This document shows, piece by piece, positions 36,560-49,299 of a stretch of 64,000 nt of DNA. Source of the DNA: Lama glama (Eukaryota); assembly GCA_028534125.1 (NCBI GenBank), contig CM052818.1, positions 2,978,001 through 3,042,000 of the forward strand. Reading direction: 5' to 3'. The position numbers and the translations under genes are program-made. Under the pieces are notes generated by a model. It saw only the letters and a list, made by a program, of their open reading frames with translations, was not told where the DNA came from and made no database searches. Numbering within the stretch: position 1 is the stretch's first letter; each line of letters starts with the position of its first letter.

Positions 36560-38500
36560 ATTTTTGGAAGGCTATCAATTTCTTCAAAATAATTTGTAAC
36601 TTTATTTTTATACCAGATGAAATGCAAATGGAATTTTCTTGACACTTGGCATCAGGATTTGGAAGTTCAGCTGAAAAATAAGAGATAAATAGAGAAGAAA
36701 TATTTGAAAATGAGATTCATTTAGTACTCGCCCTATCAGATATTAAATTAGGCTACAAAACTAGAAGATTGAAAACAATGTGGTGTGGTCGAGAAACAAA
36801 TCAGCAAAGCAGAATAGAAAGTCCAGAAACAGACCCAAGTACGTACAAAAACTAGACATGCAAGAGTAAATCATCTCAAGAGGAAATGGTATGAGGCACC
36901 TGGATAAAATGTGTGGAGGGCGAGGGGAAGAACCAGTCCCCATACCTTACACCATGTACAACTTAAATCACAGATAAAAATTTAGATGTATAAAATGAAT
37001 TTATGAAATTAACAATAGATACATATTTATGTAATCTTGGTGAAGAGAAAATCTTTATTAACGTGATAACAAAAGCTGAAACCATAAAGGGTTTCTTTGA
37101 TTGATAAACTTAACTACGTTGACATTTAAAATATTCAAAATCTCTTTAGAGCAGGGAAAAAGCACCTTAACTAAAGTTGAAGGTTATATAACAAACTGGG
37201 GGAATTATTTTCAATATAGATGGCAGTCCATATATAAAATGTCTGCCCCAATCAATAAGAGAAAAAATAGAAGAGAGGAAAGAAAATTAACATGCAACTG
37301 ACAAAAGAAAAAAAATGCAAATGGTCGATAAATGATGAACAGTTAACCTCATTAATAAAAAGAGATGCCCTGCAGAGCCAGGACCAGGACTGACAGGCAG
37401 CAGGTGTTGCTGGGAAAGCCATACCCTGTTCAAGTAGCGTGATGCCTCCAGACTGGCTAATAAAGAGCGGCTACCCAGAGCCCCGGTGTACCCCACTCCA
37501 CCGGCTGCCCTGGCACATGCTTCACATCCCCATGATCCAGCCACTAACGGGTTGATGTGTGACCCACAGAGGACCTCCAGGACCCGGCACCCTGTTATGA
37601 CTGACATCTGTTGCCTGGCATTCCCGCTGCTGGTTATGACATCCTGCGTAACTAAATTTGTAATAATAGTACAATAATACAATAATTACAATAATAGTAA
37701 TAACAACAGCAATAATACCGGATGTGGGAAATAAGTAGGCCCCTCCTCTACCGGAAGACGTGTAATTTGACACAAGCTTCTTGGAGGAGCAATTTGGCAC
37801 CACAGTAAAAGTCAAATAAATAGGTATTTCCTTTGACTCAGCAATTCACTTCTAGGAATTTATCCTGGGGAAATAGCACAGGATGCACATGAAAATATAA
37901 CTGCAAACTAAAGGTTAATTCAAATGAAGATCAACCTCTCCAGAAACTGAAGAAACACATATTAATACAGCAGAGACGCTAATTTTCCACCATCAAATTG
38001 ATGATTTTAAGCAGAAGGCTACCCATGGTGCAAAATTGGGAGAACCAGAACCTCTCAGGAACTGCTGTTAGAAACATGAATGGACACAAATTTCCTGAAA
38101 GGCATAGGCATTGTTTTAAGAGGCGTATTCAGCTGTCCCACTTCTAGCAAGTTATTCTGAGGAAATCATTATGAACATGGGAGAACTTTGAACCATGAGG
38201 TTGTTCATCGAAATGTTTATAATATGCAAGCTGGAAACTATGTATCGGTCCATCAAAAGGGAACTGGTTGAATAAATTGTAACATCAGTATTATGGCATT
38301 CTGTGAAGCCATTAAGATTATAAGAGATCAGAATACTTAATGATGCAGACAGAATGTCCCCGTTGTCTTATTCACCACAGTTGTTTTAGTCCATGTAATT
38401 CAAGCAGACTACAAAATAGTACGTACACTGTACAATTTTACTTTCATAAAACAAATATTTATTTACACGCATACACAAGTTTTTTAAATAAGCTTATTCA
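36560..38500 (+). mobile_element. Old L1 (L1ME/L1MC-like) fragments
   Basis: cagaatagaaagtccagaaacagaccca, ggagcaatttggca, cagcaattcacttctaggaatttatcct. Confidence 0.7.
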
Positions 38501-41154
38501 TGTGAAACAATTACAATAATAACTGGTATGTGATAAGGGTCAATAAATTCAATAAATGGTAGCCATACTTTGGGGTTTTTCTTTTTTTGAGGTATAGTTG
38601 ATTTACAATGTGTTTTTTAAAAACAGAGGTATAACTGGGTATTGTCTTTTCATGGGAATTTATGAAAAAAAAATTTTTTTAAAGAGCATCCCTACATTCG
38701 ACCAAGGAGAAACCAACTGAAACTTCCTTTGTTTATTCCTGAACCCTATGTCCTTTCTCTAAGCTCTCCCCAGTTCCAAAGTAACCTTTATTTTTCCCAT
38801 CTTTCAGGACAGAACCTCATAGAATCATCTCTGAGGGCCCAGAGCCAGGCACTGGCCGAGCCCAGGAATGGGGCACCTTCTCCTCCTGCACCTGGAGCCT
38901 GGCCCAGAGCTCAGGGCTGCTTTCTAGGGACAGTTAACGTTTCCCACTGGATCCAAGCTCAATGAAAACCCGCCCACTGGTGTTTCTTTACACTCACTGA
39001 TGCCTTCTCTGGAATATGGTATGGGAATAGGATCTTAGAAGTTTCTCAGTCATCAAAATCTCCTTCACTTTGAAAAAGCAAATATGAATCATTTAAATAG
39101 AAGGGCAGTTAGAAACACTCAAATGAAATGAACCAAGTTAGGCTATTTCAGAGAGAAGATTTGTTCAATGCTAACCAGCGTTTAATTTTTATGGTGGAGG
39201 TCTGAAAAGTTGAGGATGAGGCAAGACACTTGGAAAGTTTGGATTTCTCACAGTGATGCTGAGTTTCATCAGGCAGGACCAGAAAGATCAAAAACCTGAA
39301 GCTTTCTAATAGGATGTTCAGGAGGATAAGGCAGGGCACCCACGAGACCCCTCGCAGCCTTCTCAATCCCTGCAGCTGAGTTACTAGCACATAGTTGCCC
39401 AAGACTTTCCCTGCACCCAGAAAGATACTACCTAGAATTACACATATCAGTAGCTATAGATGCGTTTATTCAAGTCAATGAATATTATATATGTATCACT
39501 TGGTTCATGGTTTTCAAGCCGTCCCAGCTTGAGATCACAATAAACAGAGATGGCCACCCCTAACGAGACAATCACGTAGCCCTTCTCAACTTCCTTTCCT
39601 GTTCAAAACAACCCTTTGCCTCCTATGAAGCGCTCAGTGGTCACTTAACTTCCCAGGGACCCTCACTGTCCCTGAAGAGGTTTCACTTCTGTTCTTTCGA
39701 GTTCCCTGGGATCAGCCATCCTGGATGAAGAGGATTTTTGAGGATACCCAAGAGTGTGAGGGCCTGCCCCCCAACCAGAAGTATCAAAATCCAGATCCTG
39801 TCCTCTGGCTCAGAAGCTGGGTGACCTTGGGCCCTAGCCTGCAGCTGCTCGGGCTCTTAGGCTCACTGGGTCATCCTGTTTCAGGGCTGTATTCCCAGAG
39901 GCCTAGCCCTTGACTCTTCTATTGGGTGATACTCATCAGGCCTTCACAGTAGACTAGTTCTGCCAGTCTTGAGATGATACTGTGCTTCAGATTCGCAGAG
40001 TGTATTCAGTTTAGGTCCCCATTAGGGACCCTTCCTATTCAACACATCCTAAACAAAGCCTTTTGGCACTGGGCCATAAATTGGTTTCCAGACCCTCCTG
40101 GACGTGGCTCCCTCTCCCATTTAGCTGAGCCCAAGCATCAATCCTTCTTGAGACTAATTAAGTCGTCCAGATCAAATTGATTCATCTACCATTTTTCCCT
40201 TTAGGAATTCACTCTCCATCTATACGATTTGCTTCTTTTTTCCTTGTACTGTAATTCCCAGTGACAGGGAAAACTTCCTTGTTACCAGTCCCTGATATTC
40301 AGTGATGCTGGTTTCACTGCAGCAATGCTCAAGTTGTATGTAGGAAAAAGGTTTGGGTTCACGGCAATTAAGGGAAGTGGATGAAAGGAACATTCTTTCT
40401 CTTCATTCACTCTAGCATCACAGTCTTGACTTGGGTATAATCTGTTTGCTTTTCTGCTCTCTGCTCCCTGTGGGAAGCACAGCCAGGTTCCACGCCTGCC
40501 TCCTAAGAGCACGCTGGGACAGCACCCCACTTTCTCCGCCACCCTTACCATCCCTGCTCCAGCCCCACCCTCACCCCCACGTCCCCACCACAACACAGAG
40601 CTTCCCCCGCTTGGCACTTCTCCCTCCCTCTCATCTCTGTATACTTCTAGAAACTGACTGTTTGCTTATTGAGCTGAAATGAACTTCAAGTGCTTGTTTA
40701 AAATGATCTGTCAATAAAACATGTAGCTTGAAGTGCTTCATACCCTCTAAATATTCATGCACAGACAGCATCAACCTGTTGAGTCATTTTTTTCTGGCCT
40801 CTTAACAACCACTCAAATCTATGGCAAGAGCTCAAACGTAGAAGACTCCAATTACCAAGTACCAGGGCTTCCTCTTGCTTGGACTCCAGACTGAGCTCCC
40901 TTGAACCACACAGAGTCTGCATCCCTTTCCCTGAGGCAGGAACCCCAAGGAACTTTCTCAGTAAGTTACAAAGAACCCATCCAAACTCCTCTGGAAATGA
41001 ACTATCCTGAGAGCCTGCGCTAACATTAGTTTGCACATCATGGGCTCTGCCTGGAAAGGGTTTCCGCTGCAGGGCAGTCCAACTTCATATCCCTTTGCCT
41101 TCACATCCTGGAATCCCCACAGGTGCTCGAGAGATGGTGAATGTTCAGGCTGGA

Positions 41155-41695
41155 GCATGAACTGGTCATGTGCTATCCATGTATTCTTCCTACAATGTAA
41201 AGTGAGGTTGACTCTCCTTCAACAAGCGGTCTACATTCCCTGCCCTTGGACTTGGGCAGACCTCTGTGCTCCTTAAGCAATAGAATGGGATGCATGTGAT
41301 GCTGCATATCTTTTGAGGCTGGGTCATAAAAGTCAACACAATCTCCAGCTGGCTCTTGATCTCTCCTGGGGAATCCTAACCTGACAAGTACGAAGTCCTG
41401 CTACCCTGAAGCTGCCCTACCAGACAGAACAGACAGACCATATAGACATAGAGGGAAGTCACAGAGCCCTCAGATCTTTGCATCTTCCCGGTATCAACTA
41501 CCAGACCTGGGGGTGAGTGATGCTTCACATGGTTCCAGCCCCCGACCCAGGCTTCAGGCTGCCCTGTAGAGGTGAGTCTTTCCCACTGTTCTCTAGCTGC
41601 ATTCCGGACTCACAGAATTTGGGAGCATGATCAAGGGCTGTTTTCCATCACTAAGCTTTGGAGTAATTTGTTAAGTAGCCAAAGTGATTGGAACA
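41155..41695 (+). mobile_element. MLT1G/H-like MaLR LTR
   Basis: caatagaatg...gaggctgggtcataaaag...ctaagctttggagtaatttgtt...tggaaca. Confidence 0.7.
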
Positions 41696-42129
41696 GAAAA
41701 GGAGGATATTATTTGCACCTCAAACTGTGAAGTAGAGCCCACTGTTACAAAGGCGATTTTGCAAATATCTGATTGATTCATTAAGTATTGATTCTCTTAG
41801 TCCTTCTCGTAGAGTTATGGGATTCTCAGAAGATGCTGGGTTCATTGTCAAAGCCTTGGTTACCAACCAGCCTGGTTACCAGGGGCCTTGGGCCTCCTGG
41901 TTATTGTTACATGTCCATGAGTCTTAAACTAGAGAAGGCTATCCTGCCAGAGACATTGAAGAAGGCAACCCTTTTTAAAGGGGCTTCTTTATAAAAAGTC
42001 TCTCTGCTAGATAATAATTGGATATATGCATTTTAAATTGTTCCCTTAATCAATCAACTAGGAACCTATTATGTGCCCAGTATTGGATGCTGTGAAGGAT
42101 GTAGCTTACCAGACCTCTGCACGAGTTTT

Positions 42130-42460
42130 ATGTTTTCAGCTGTAAGAAATAGAAAAACCCCAATTTAAAATGACTTTATAAAAGAAAGAAATTTAGATTA
42201 CGTAACAAGAAGCCCAGAGGAAGGCAGCTCCAGAGTGGGTTCATCCAGTGGCTCAACAATGTCATCAAGGATCCAGGTTTGGTGGATCCTTGCTGCCACC
42301 TTTCTGCTCTACTGTCCTCAGTGTATTCTGGCCAGACTACCTCTCCTCATGATCCCAACAGAGCTGCCACAGTTCCAGGCATCAGCATGAAGGCATCAAC
42401 AGGCTTTCAGGACAGTGACTGAAAGAACAAGGGACTATTTCTTCTGTATCTATTTCTTGA
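42130..42460 (-). mobile_element. MLT1J-like MaLR LTR
   Basis: ttttcagctgtaagaaatagaaaaaccc...ggctcaacaatgtcatcaagga...gctgccacagttccaggcatca. Confidence 0.65.
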
Positions 42461-42975
42461 CTTCGACGGTTCATGATTTTCCCTGTGGAGCTGGACACGG
42501 GACCCCTCTGAGGACACAGAAGGTGGACAGCAGGAAGGAGCCATAGGCATCAACCAACAGTGTCTGCTCCAAACTCTAAATCTGGTTAGGGAAGTTAGAC
42601 GAACTGAATGAGACAACGAAACTCTAGTTACTCTCTCTCATCAGTTTCCTTCTTGCTGCTTCCTCCTTCCTCATTCTGAGGATGCCATCAGGAATGGTGT
42701 TTGTTCCCAGCTCTTGCTACAGAGCACCCTCAGCTCCTGGGAGAAAATTTATGACTCTAAAAGCTAAAAACCTAAGGTCTGCCTTTACCTTTTGCTCTGG
42801 ATGAAGTGCAGTGATAACCAAGTATCAGTCCTCTCTTAATTGACACTCCTTGTGGTGACAGCTGGTGATTGACCATTGCCGATGGAGAGATCAGAAGGCC
42901 CAGGGAGGGGTAGGGGTGGGAAGGCATTTGCCATTTAGTGAGCTGTGAAGGGCGGGGGCCACTCATCTCTTGGAG

Positions 42976-43295
42976 CAGGGGGCTGGCAGGCCAAATCCCA
43001 GCCCACCACCTTTTTGTATCTGGTGCATAAGCTACGAAAGGTTTTTACATTTTTAAATGACTAGAAAAAAGCCAAAAGAAGACTATCTCATGACATATGA
43101 AACTGTATGAAATTCACATTTCAGTGTCCATAGAAGTTTTTTGGAACACAGCTGTGCTCATTCATTTACATGTGGTCTGTGCCTGCTTTCCCACTGCAAG
43201 GGCAGAGTTAAGGAGCTATGACACAGACCAAATGGCCCGTGGAATCTAACATATTTACTATCTGACCCTTTGCACTAAAAGTGTGCTGACCCCTG
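42976..43295. mobile_element. MER58B hAT-Charlie MITE
   Basis: caggggg...cccctg termini, MER58 body, degenerate 8-bp TSD tcttggag / tctcgcag. Confidence 0.85.
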
Positions 43296-43400
43296 TCTCG
43301 CAGTAAAAGTCATGACGGGCCCTCCAGGCACTGGGTGGGGCTGGGCCTAGAGCCTCCAGAGCAGCCAGAGCCAGGAAGGAGCGTTCTAATCCATTTAGAA

Positions 43401-43562
43401 CAAGGTTCTCAGACTGGTTGCACATTAGAAATCATCCAGCAGCTTTTAAAAAATACCAATCTTGGTCCCCACCCAGACCGATTAAAGTAAAATATCTGGG
43501 GATGGGCCCAGGCATTCGTGTCTTTCAAAAGCTCCCAGTGACGTCGTGTTTGAGAGCCACTG
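43401..43562. mobile_element. MER5-family MITE
   Basis: caaggttctcagactggttgcacattagaaatca...tttgagagccactg. Confidence 0.75.
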
Positions 43563-44113
43563 CTAGAGGCTTGTTTGACCAAGTCAGGCCTGGTTTCTGG
43601 TGCTTTTTCTAAGCAAACACCGCCACCCACCCTCAGGCAGGTGTTTTGGGGACAGCACACGAGCACCACGCTAGGGTGGAGCAGCGCAAGAAGTGGAGAA
43701 GCCAGAAGTAGTTAACCATGACCGTTCATTTACACAGGTGTATGGTCAAATGACCTCACCTATGTACAGGTGCGTTCCTGAGGTTTCCCAGGCTGAGGAG
43801 CCTTCGTCACCAGAGCGCTCCCCGTATCTCATGCCAGCTGTTGACAGAGAAAACACAGCGTCTCAGCCGAACTGCCTCACACTGGTTTACTTTCCTCTAC
43901 CGGAGAGGTTGGGAACAAGAGCCTGGTGTCTGCCTCGCTCAGGGATGCTGCAGACACGCATCTTCCTGCAGAGCATCGGAGACCTCCCTTCTCCTTGGCG
44001 TGTAGCTGGAGAAGATGAGACTTATGCCTTCTCTCCTTCAGTCACTCGCTCAACAGCTATTCACCAAGCGCCAACACTCACCACGCACTGTATACTTTAA
44101 GAACACAATGACT

Positions 44114-44251
44114 GGGGGAAGAGAGGTTACAGCTCAGTGGTAGAGTGTGTGCTTAACACGCATGAGGTCCTAGGTTCGATTCCCCAGTACCTCCACTTTA
44201 AAAAATTAATAAATAAACCTAATTACATCGAATTTGTTTAAAAAAAAAAAA
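44114..44251 (+). mobile_element. vic-1-like SINE with TSD
   Basis: TSD aagaa[c/t]acaatga at 44099-44111 and 44252-44264. Confidence 0.9.
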
Positions 44252-44496
44252 AAGAATACAATGATGAGTCAGCACCCCAAAGGATCTCATAGAATTGCAA
44301 TGAGACGGCCAAATTAAGCCACTGCCTTAGATCTCCGAACTCCGAAGTCGGCAGGGGGCCTCCAGGACTCTGCATAGGGGAAAAACTATCTCTCAAAGGG
44401 GAAAATATGCTTGGATTGGTCTTGGAGAATTCCTTCTCAGCTGAAAGGAGGCATTTGGGGCAGAGGATAGAGCATTTATAAAGATACAGTGGCTGA

Positions 44497-44646
44497 GGGG
44501 GGAGGGTATAGCTCAAGTGGTAGAGTGCATGCTTAGCATGCACAGGGTCCTGGGTTCAATCCCCAGTATCTCCTCCAAAAGTAAATAAATTAATAGATTT
44601 AATTACCTCTCCCCTGCCAAAAAAGGAAATAAAATTTAAAAAAAAA
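44497..44646 (+). mobile_element. vic-1-like SINE with 17-bp TSD
   Basis: TSD aaagataca[g/c]tggctga at 44480-44496 and 44647-44663. Confidence 0.92.
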
Positions 44647-44894
44647 AAAGATACACTGGCTGAAAAAGAGAGTAAGATGAGTGTGACTGGAACAGGGGAG
44701 AGATCTGCCCAGGGCAGGCAGGAGTACAGGCTGGAGAAGGGAGCTGGAGCCACTCAGGAATGGTGGGTCACCAGGACCAGAAGACCATTGGAGTTTTTCA
44801 GGGCAGCTTCAGAAGAAAGCCCTGGTCAGAAAGAAATTGATGCATTTGAGTTGATATTATTATTATCTACATCTGAGGCCCCAGATGAGACACA

Positions 44895-47440
44895 TTCACT
44901 TCTTCACTCATTCAAATGAATCTTGGTGAATATTTATTGAGGGACTCCCATGTTCCAGCCATAGTCCTGGACGTTGGGAATACAGAAGGGAGCAGAAAGT
45001 AAAGATCCCTGCCCACGTGGAGCGTCTATATTCAGAGGAGAGAAGTAAACCAAAAACAAGTAAACAAAGCAATAAATAAGACAATTACAGATTGAGAAAG
45101 GTGAAAAGAAGTAAACAGGAAGACATCAGCAATGTGATGAGAATCTGGCAAGATAACAATGGAATGAAATGGTCAAGAAACTAAGAGAAGAAAAGATCGA
45201 TGTAGCAGCATGGCGGGCTGGGGGCGGTACAAGGTGGGAGTGGCTCGATTGGCAGGAGACAGTTTGTATCAGGTCTTACAGACCCTACTGGACTTTAGAT
45301 ATTATTCTAAGTCCATTGGAAACCATTAAAAGATCTCAGGCAGTGGAATGACATGATGATTTACCTTTTTGAAAAACACTCTGAGGGGTGGGTGTAGCTC
45401 AGTGATAGACCTCATGCCTAGCATGCATGAGGTCTTGGGTTCAATCCCCACTACCGCCACTACAATAAATAAATAAAAATAAAATGTACATATGCCATCA
45501 GATAAAATTAAGGAAGCAACTCCACTAACATCAGTTAAAAACGCTCTGACGGTTGTAAAAAGATTGAAGGAAAATAAGAGGGAAATTGGCAAATCCTGAT
45601 AGAAATCCATAGCCAATGTCCACGTGAGAGATGAAAGCTGGACAACGCAGCAGAGGTGGAGCTCAACACCACATCTGAGCTATGCCGTGAAGATGATACT
45701 GACGGAGTTTCCTGACAGTCTGGAGACAGAGGTATGAGGGGAAAGGGAGGAATCCAGAATGACTCCTAGATGTTCAGCTTGAGCAGCTGTGTGGGATGGT
45801 GATGCCAACTACCAAAGCAGGAAACACTGGAGCAGAATCCATTTGGGGAGGAGTCCTTAGTTCTGTTTGGGAAAGTTAACGTTTGAGATGACTTATTGAT
45901 ATCTTGGTGAAGACGTCTTGTATGTGTTTGTATTTTTGAATCTGGAGTTCAGTGATGAGGTCAAAGCTGAAGATATAAATTAGGGAGTCATTAGCCTATT
46001 AGTGACACTGGGTAGTAAGTGCATGAGACCGAGGGGTCTGGGAAGGGGTTGCCAAGGGGTTTGAACCAGAAGAGAGCAGATCCAGAAAGCTAAAGAAGGT
46101 GTCTATTTCTAACAGGAGAAAGGAGAGTAAACCTGTTGAATGCTGGTGAGTAGTCCCGTAAGAGAATGGGGAAGTGGCCAGTGCATTGGCAGCATGGAGG
46201 TCACCTGTGTCCCGGGCAGAGCTGCTTCAATGGAGCAGTAGAGGCAGGATCCAGCAAGAAGCAGGCTGAGGAGCAAATGCAAGGTGATCAAGTGAAGGCA
46301 GAGGGCGAAGACACCTCCCCAGGTTTTGACTGAGAGGGAGCAAAGAACTGGCATGAAAGGAGGGTGCAGGGTCAAAATGAATTTATTTTAAGATTAGACA
46401 TATTAAGGCATGAATCCAGGGAAATGGATCCAGGAGAGAGAAGACTGATGCATGTAAAAAGTTGAGTTAGTCACAGGAATAAAGTTGTTGAGAAGGGGAG
46501 GAAGCTGGGCAAACGTGGACAGGTTTCCCTCTGTATTAAGAGGGAAGATGGAAAATGTGGGTACAGGTGTGGAGAGGCTTGTAGACCAGTTGGCAAGAAT
46601 ATGTTGGTGTTTCTGTCCAAATCCTTCAATTCTCTTTGAATTATGAAGTAAGGTTTATGAGCTAAGGCAGGCACAAGAAGACCTACAGTTTCAAGAAACT
46701 AGAAGATAGTAGAAAATAGCCACATTGGTGAGTTGAAAAGCAGACTTACTAGCGGAATGTAGTGGGGTGGCTAGGCTGTGGTGAATGTACATTTAAAATA
46801 AGGGGTCCTGCCATCTCAGTGGGAGAAAAACAGCCCTGTTTTGTGTTTTTTCCCAGCCACATTCAGCTGCAACAGTATAAATAGCTGGCTTCAAATATAG
46901 ATGTGATTGTGCTAAAAAAGATGTCACAGGGGAAAGAGGGAGTGATTATGATAAGCCAACTGATTCTAGATTAGACAAGAAAGCAAGTGAGGCCAAAGGG
47001 AGAGACAGGAGCAATGACAGAGGCACAGGGTCAGTGGATGAGCGGTCCCGAGGAGACCAGGGAATTCTGCAGCGTGGGTACCAAAGCAAGGGAGCCAGAA
47101 GGCTAGATCATACTCAGAGGAGGAGATCCTTGAAATTAAATTTTAGAGTTGACAGCAGTTGCTGATGACAACATGGGCTAGGGTGTAAACAAGAGAGTGT
47201 AAAGCTGAGCTGGGTTGCAGGAAGAAATTTTTGGAAATGAGGCTAAGGAACAAAGAAGCCAGGGTGTTGGCTTGGAGCACACAAGTAGATGTTAAAGTCA
47301 CCAATGACGACAAAGGTAGAGACGGAAAGGAAAGTGATGCTGAAGTCATCTTTATAAAGGAAGGGACTCTTCGCTGTGAGGATGGACAAAAGGTGGGGTG
47401 GCAAGATGGGGCCAACCGGCAAGAGGTTGGTTTGTTTTGG
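44895..47440 (-). mobile_element. Long decayed L2 LINE
   Basis: cattcacttcttcactcattcaa...tatttattgagg (reverse L2 tail) followed by typical purine-rich L2 motifs. Confidence 0.7.
45385..45536 (+). mobile_element. vic-1-like SINE with an atypical unique 3' extension
   Basis: TSD aaaaac[a/g]ctctga at 45372-45384 and 45537-45549. Confidence 0.88.
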
Positions 47441-47619
47441 TTGTTTATTGGCTGATTGATTGATTTTTATTTTAGGGAGGAATGAACAAGGAACATTGTA
47501 TAAGGAAGACCCCTATTCTAGCTCCTTGCTTATCAAAACATGAGCCATCCTCTTGAACAGTTTTCCTGGAAGACCCCTAGGAGGTCATCCAAAAAGTTAA
47601 CAAGGTTGTGTAAGAGTAC

Positions 47620-48146
47620 AGGTTCTGGTACTGATACGTAACCAACCACCCCAAAACACTCAGTGCCTTAAAACAGCGTTCATTTTGCTACCTGCAGCTA
47701 GGGCAGAACCCAGCAAGGGACAGTTCTCTGCTCCACTCAGTGTCAGCTGAGTAGGTTCAAAGGCTGGAGGCTGGAGTGATCTGAAGTTTCGTTCACTCAC
47801 ATGTCTGGCCATTGTTGCCAGCTAGGACCTTAGCTGGGGCTTTGATCAGAGCACCTTGTGATCATGGCCTCTTCTTGTGGCAGCTTGACTTCCTCACAGC
47901 AGAGTGGCTGGGTTCCAAGGGTGAGTGTCCCACGAAAGCCAGGCAGAGCTATATCCGCTTTTATGACATACCCTTGGTAATCACACAGTCTTACTCCCAC
48001 CCTAGTCACAGGCCCACCCAGACTCAAGGGGGTGGAGCAGAGATCCCACCTCTCAGTGGAGAAGTGTCAGGTTCACATGATAACAAGAGCTTACAACATG
48101 AAGTAGACTACAGGGGTGCTATCTTGGGAAAATACGACCTATCATA
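47620..48146 (-). mobile_element. MLT1F/G-like MaLR LTR
   Basis: caaccaccccaaaac...ttcactcacatgtctggc...ttcctcacagc...catcttgggaaaatacgacct. Confidence 0.7.
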
Positions 48147-49299
48147 GTGACTTTTACTTTTTTTTTCTTTCACCTTGTAGTAAGATGGTGCCCAGCGAAT
48201 TCAAACTTGAATTTATCCAATATGTTTTTAACCAGAAACCTGATCATTTAAAAGTTATTAAAAATCTTTCCTGCTTGTAACAATGGGAATAACAAGAAAT
48301 CTTTGAGCAGATTTTCATTTTGGGAAGAATCACTTGAGTGGCCCTGATCAGTTATGCAGATATGAAGCAAGAAGGCACACGTGGTTCTGGAGAGACAAAG
48401 GGCAAAATTTTTATCCACTTATTCATCTGATGACTTTCATTTTTTGCTTGGCAATGTCCTGGGTCCAGTTCTATAAGCAGTTGGAATTAGGCTGACCATT
48501 CCCCACACTCACTGATTAAAAAAAAAAAAAAAGCTTTAAATTTACAAGAGACTAAGTGGGCAAATTTGCCATAGGGTCAAGGAGATTTCTGGAAGGAAAG
48601 GGATCAATACGTTGACATTTTGTCTTTAACATTCAAAGTTATTACAACAGTTTAGTTGACTAGAGGGGCCCAACTGCTAAGAAAGGCCAACATGGTCACC
48701 CACCCCATAAGGGAGAGAGGTGTGAGTACCTGGGCTCAAGACAAGAGCCTAGTCATGGAGAAGAGGTCTACTGCTGAGAACAACACCGGCAGATGTCAGC
48801 ATCCTTCCCCAGTGCCGGGCACTGAGGACAGGTGTTGGAAAGATGGCTTTGAGTATGGGTGGGTGTTTACGGTCTGGGTGTCTGTGCCATGAAAGAGCAG
48901 GAACACTGGGTTCCCTGAGGTGCGGAGGCAGCGAGCACTCACAGCTGAGACGGGCATCTTTCCGCCTCCCAGCACGGGGGACCACAGCCGCACTAGCGTC
49001 GTCAGGGGCAACTGATCTCCTCTGACGTGACTTCCCGCGTCCACCATAAACAAAGAGCGAATATACATTTGAAGGGTTTAGAGATTTCTACTCCATTTAC
49101 TGACTTACTGGTGTTTCCACCAATAATACCCTGCTTCATTTTGATCACTTTGTAAAATTTAATTTGTATTTACCACTTTCTATTATTTTTTTATAATATT
49201 TAAAAAAACAAAAATTTTAAGAATTTCTCCTGTATTTTTTTGGAGAGGGGCCATCTGTGGCCCTATTGGTTGATAACTTACCTTTATCATCGCTGCACT

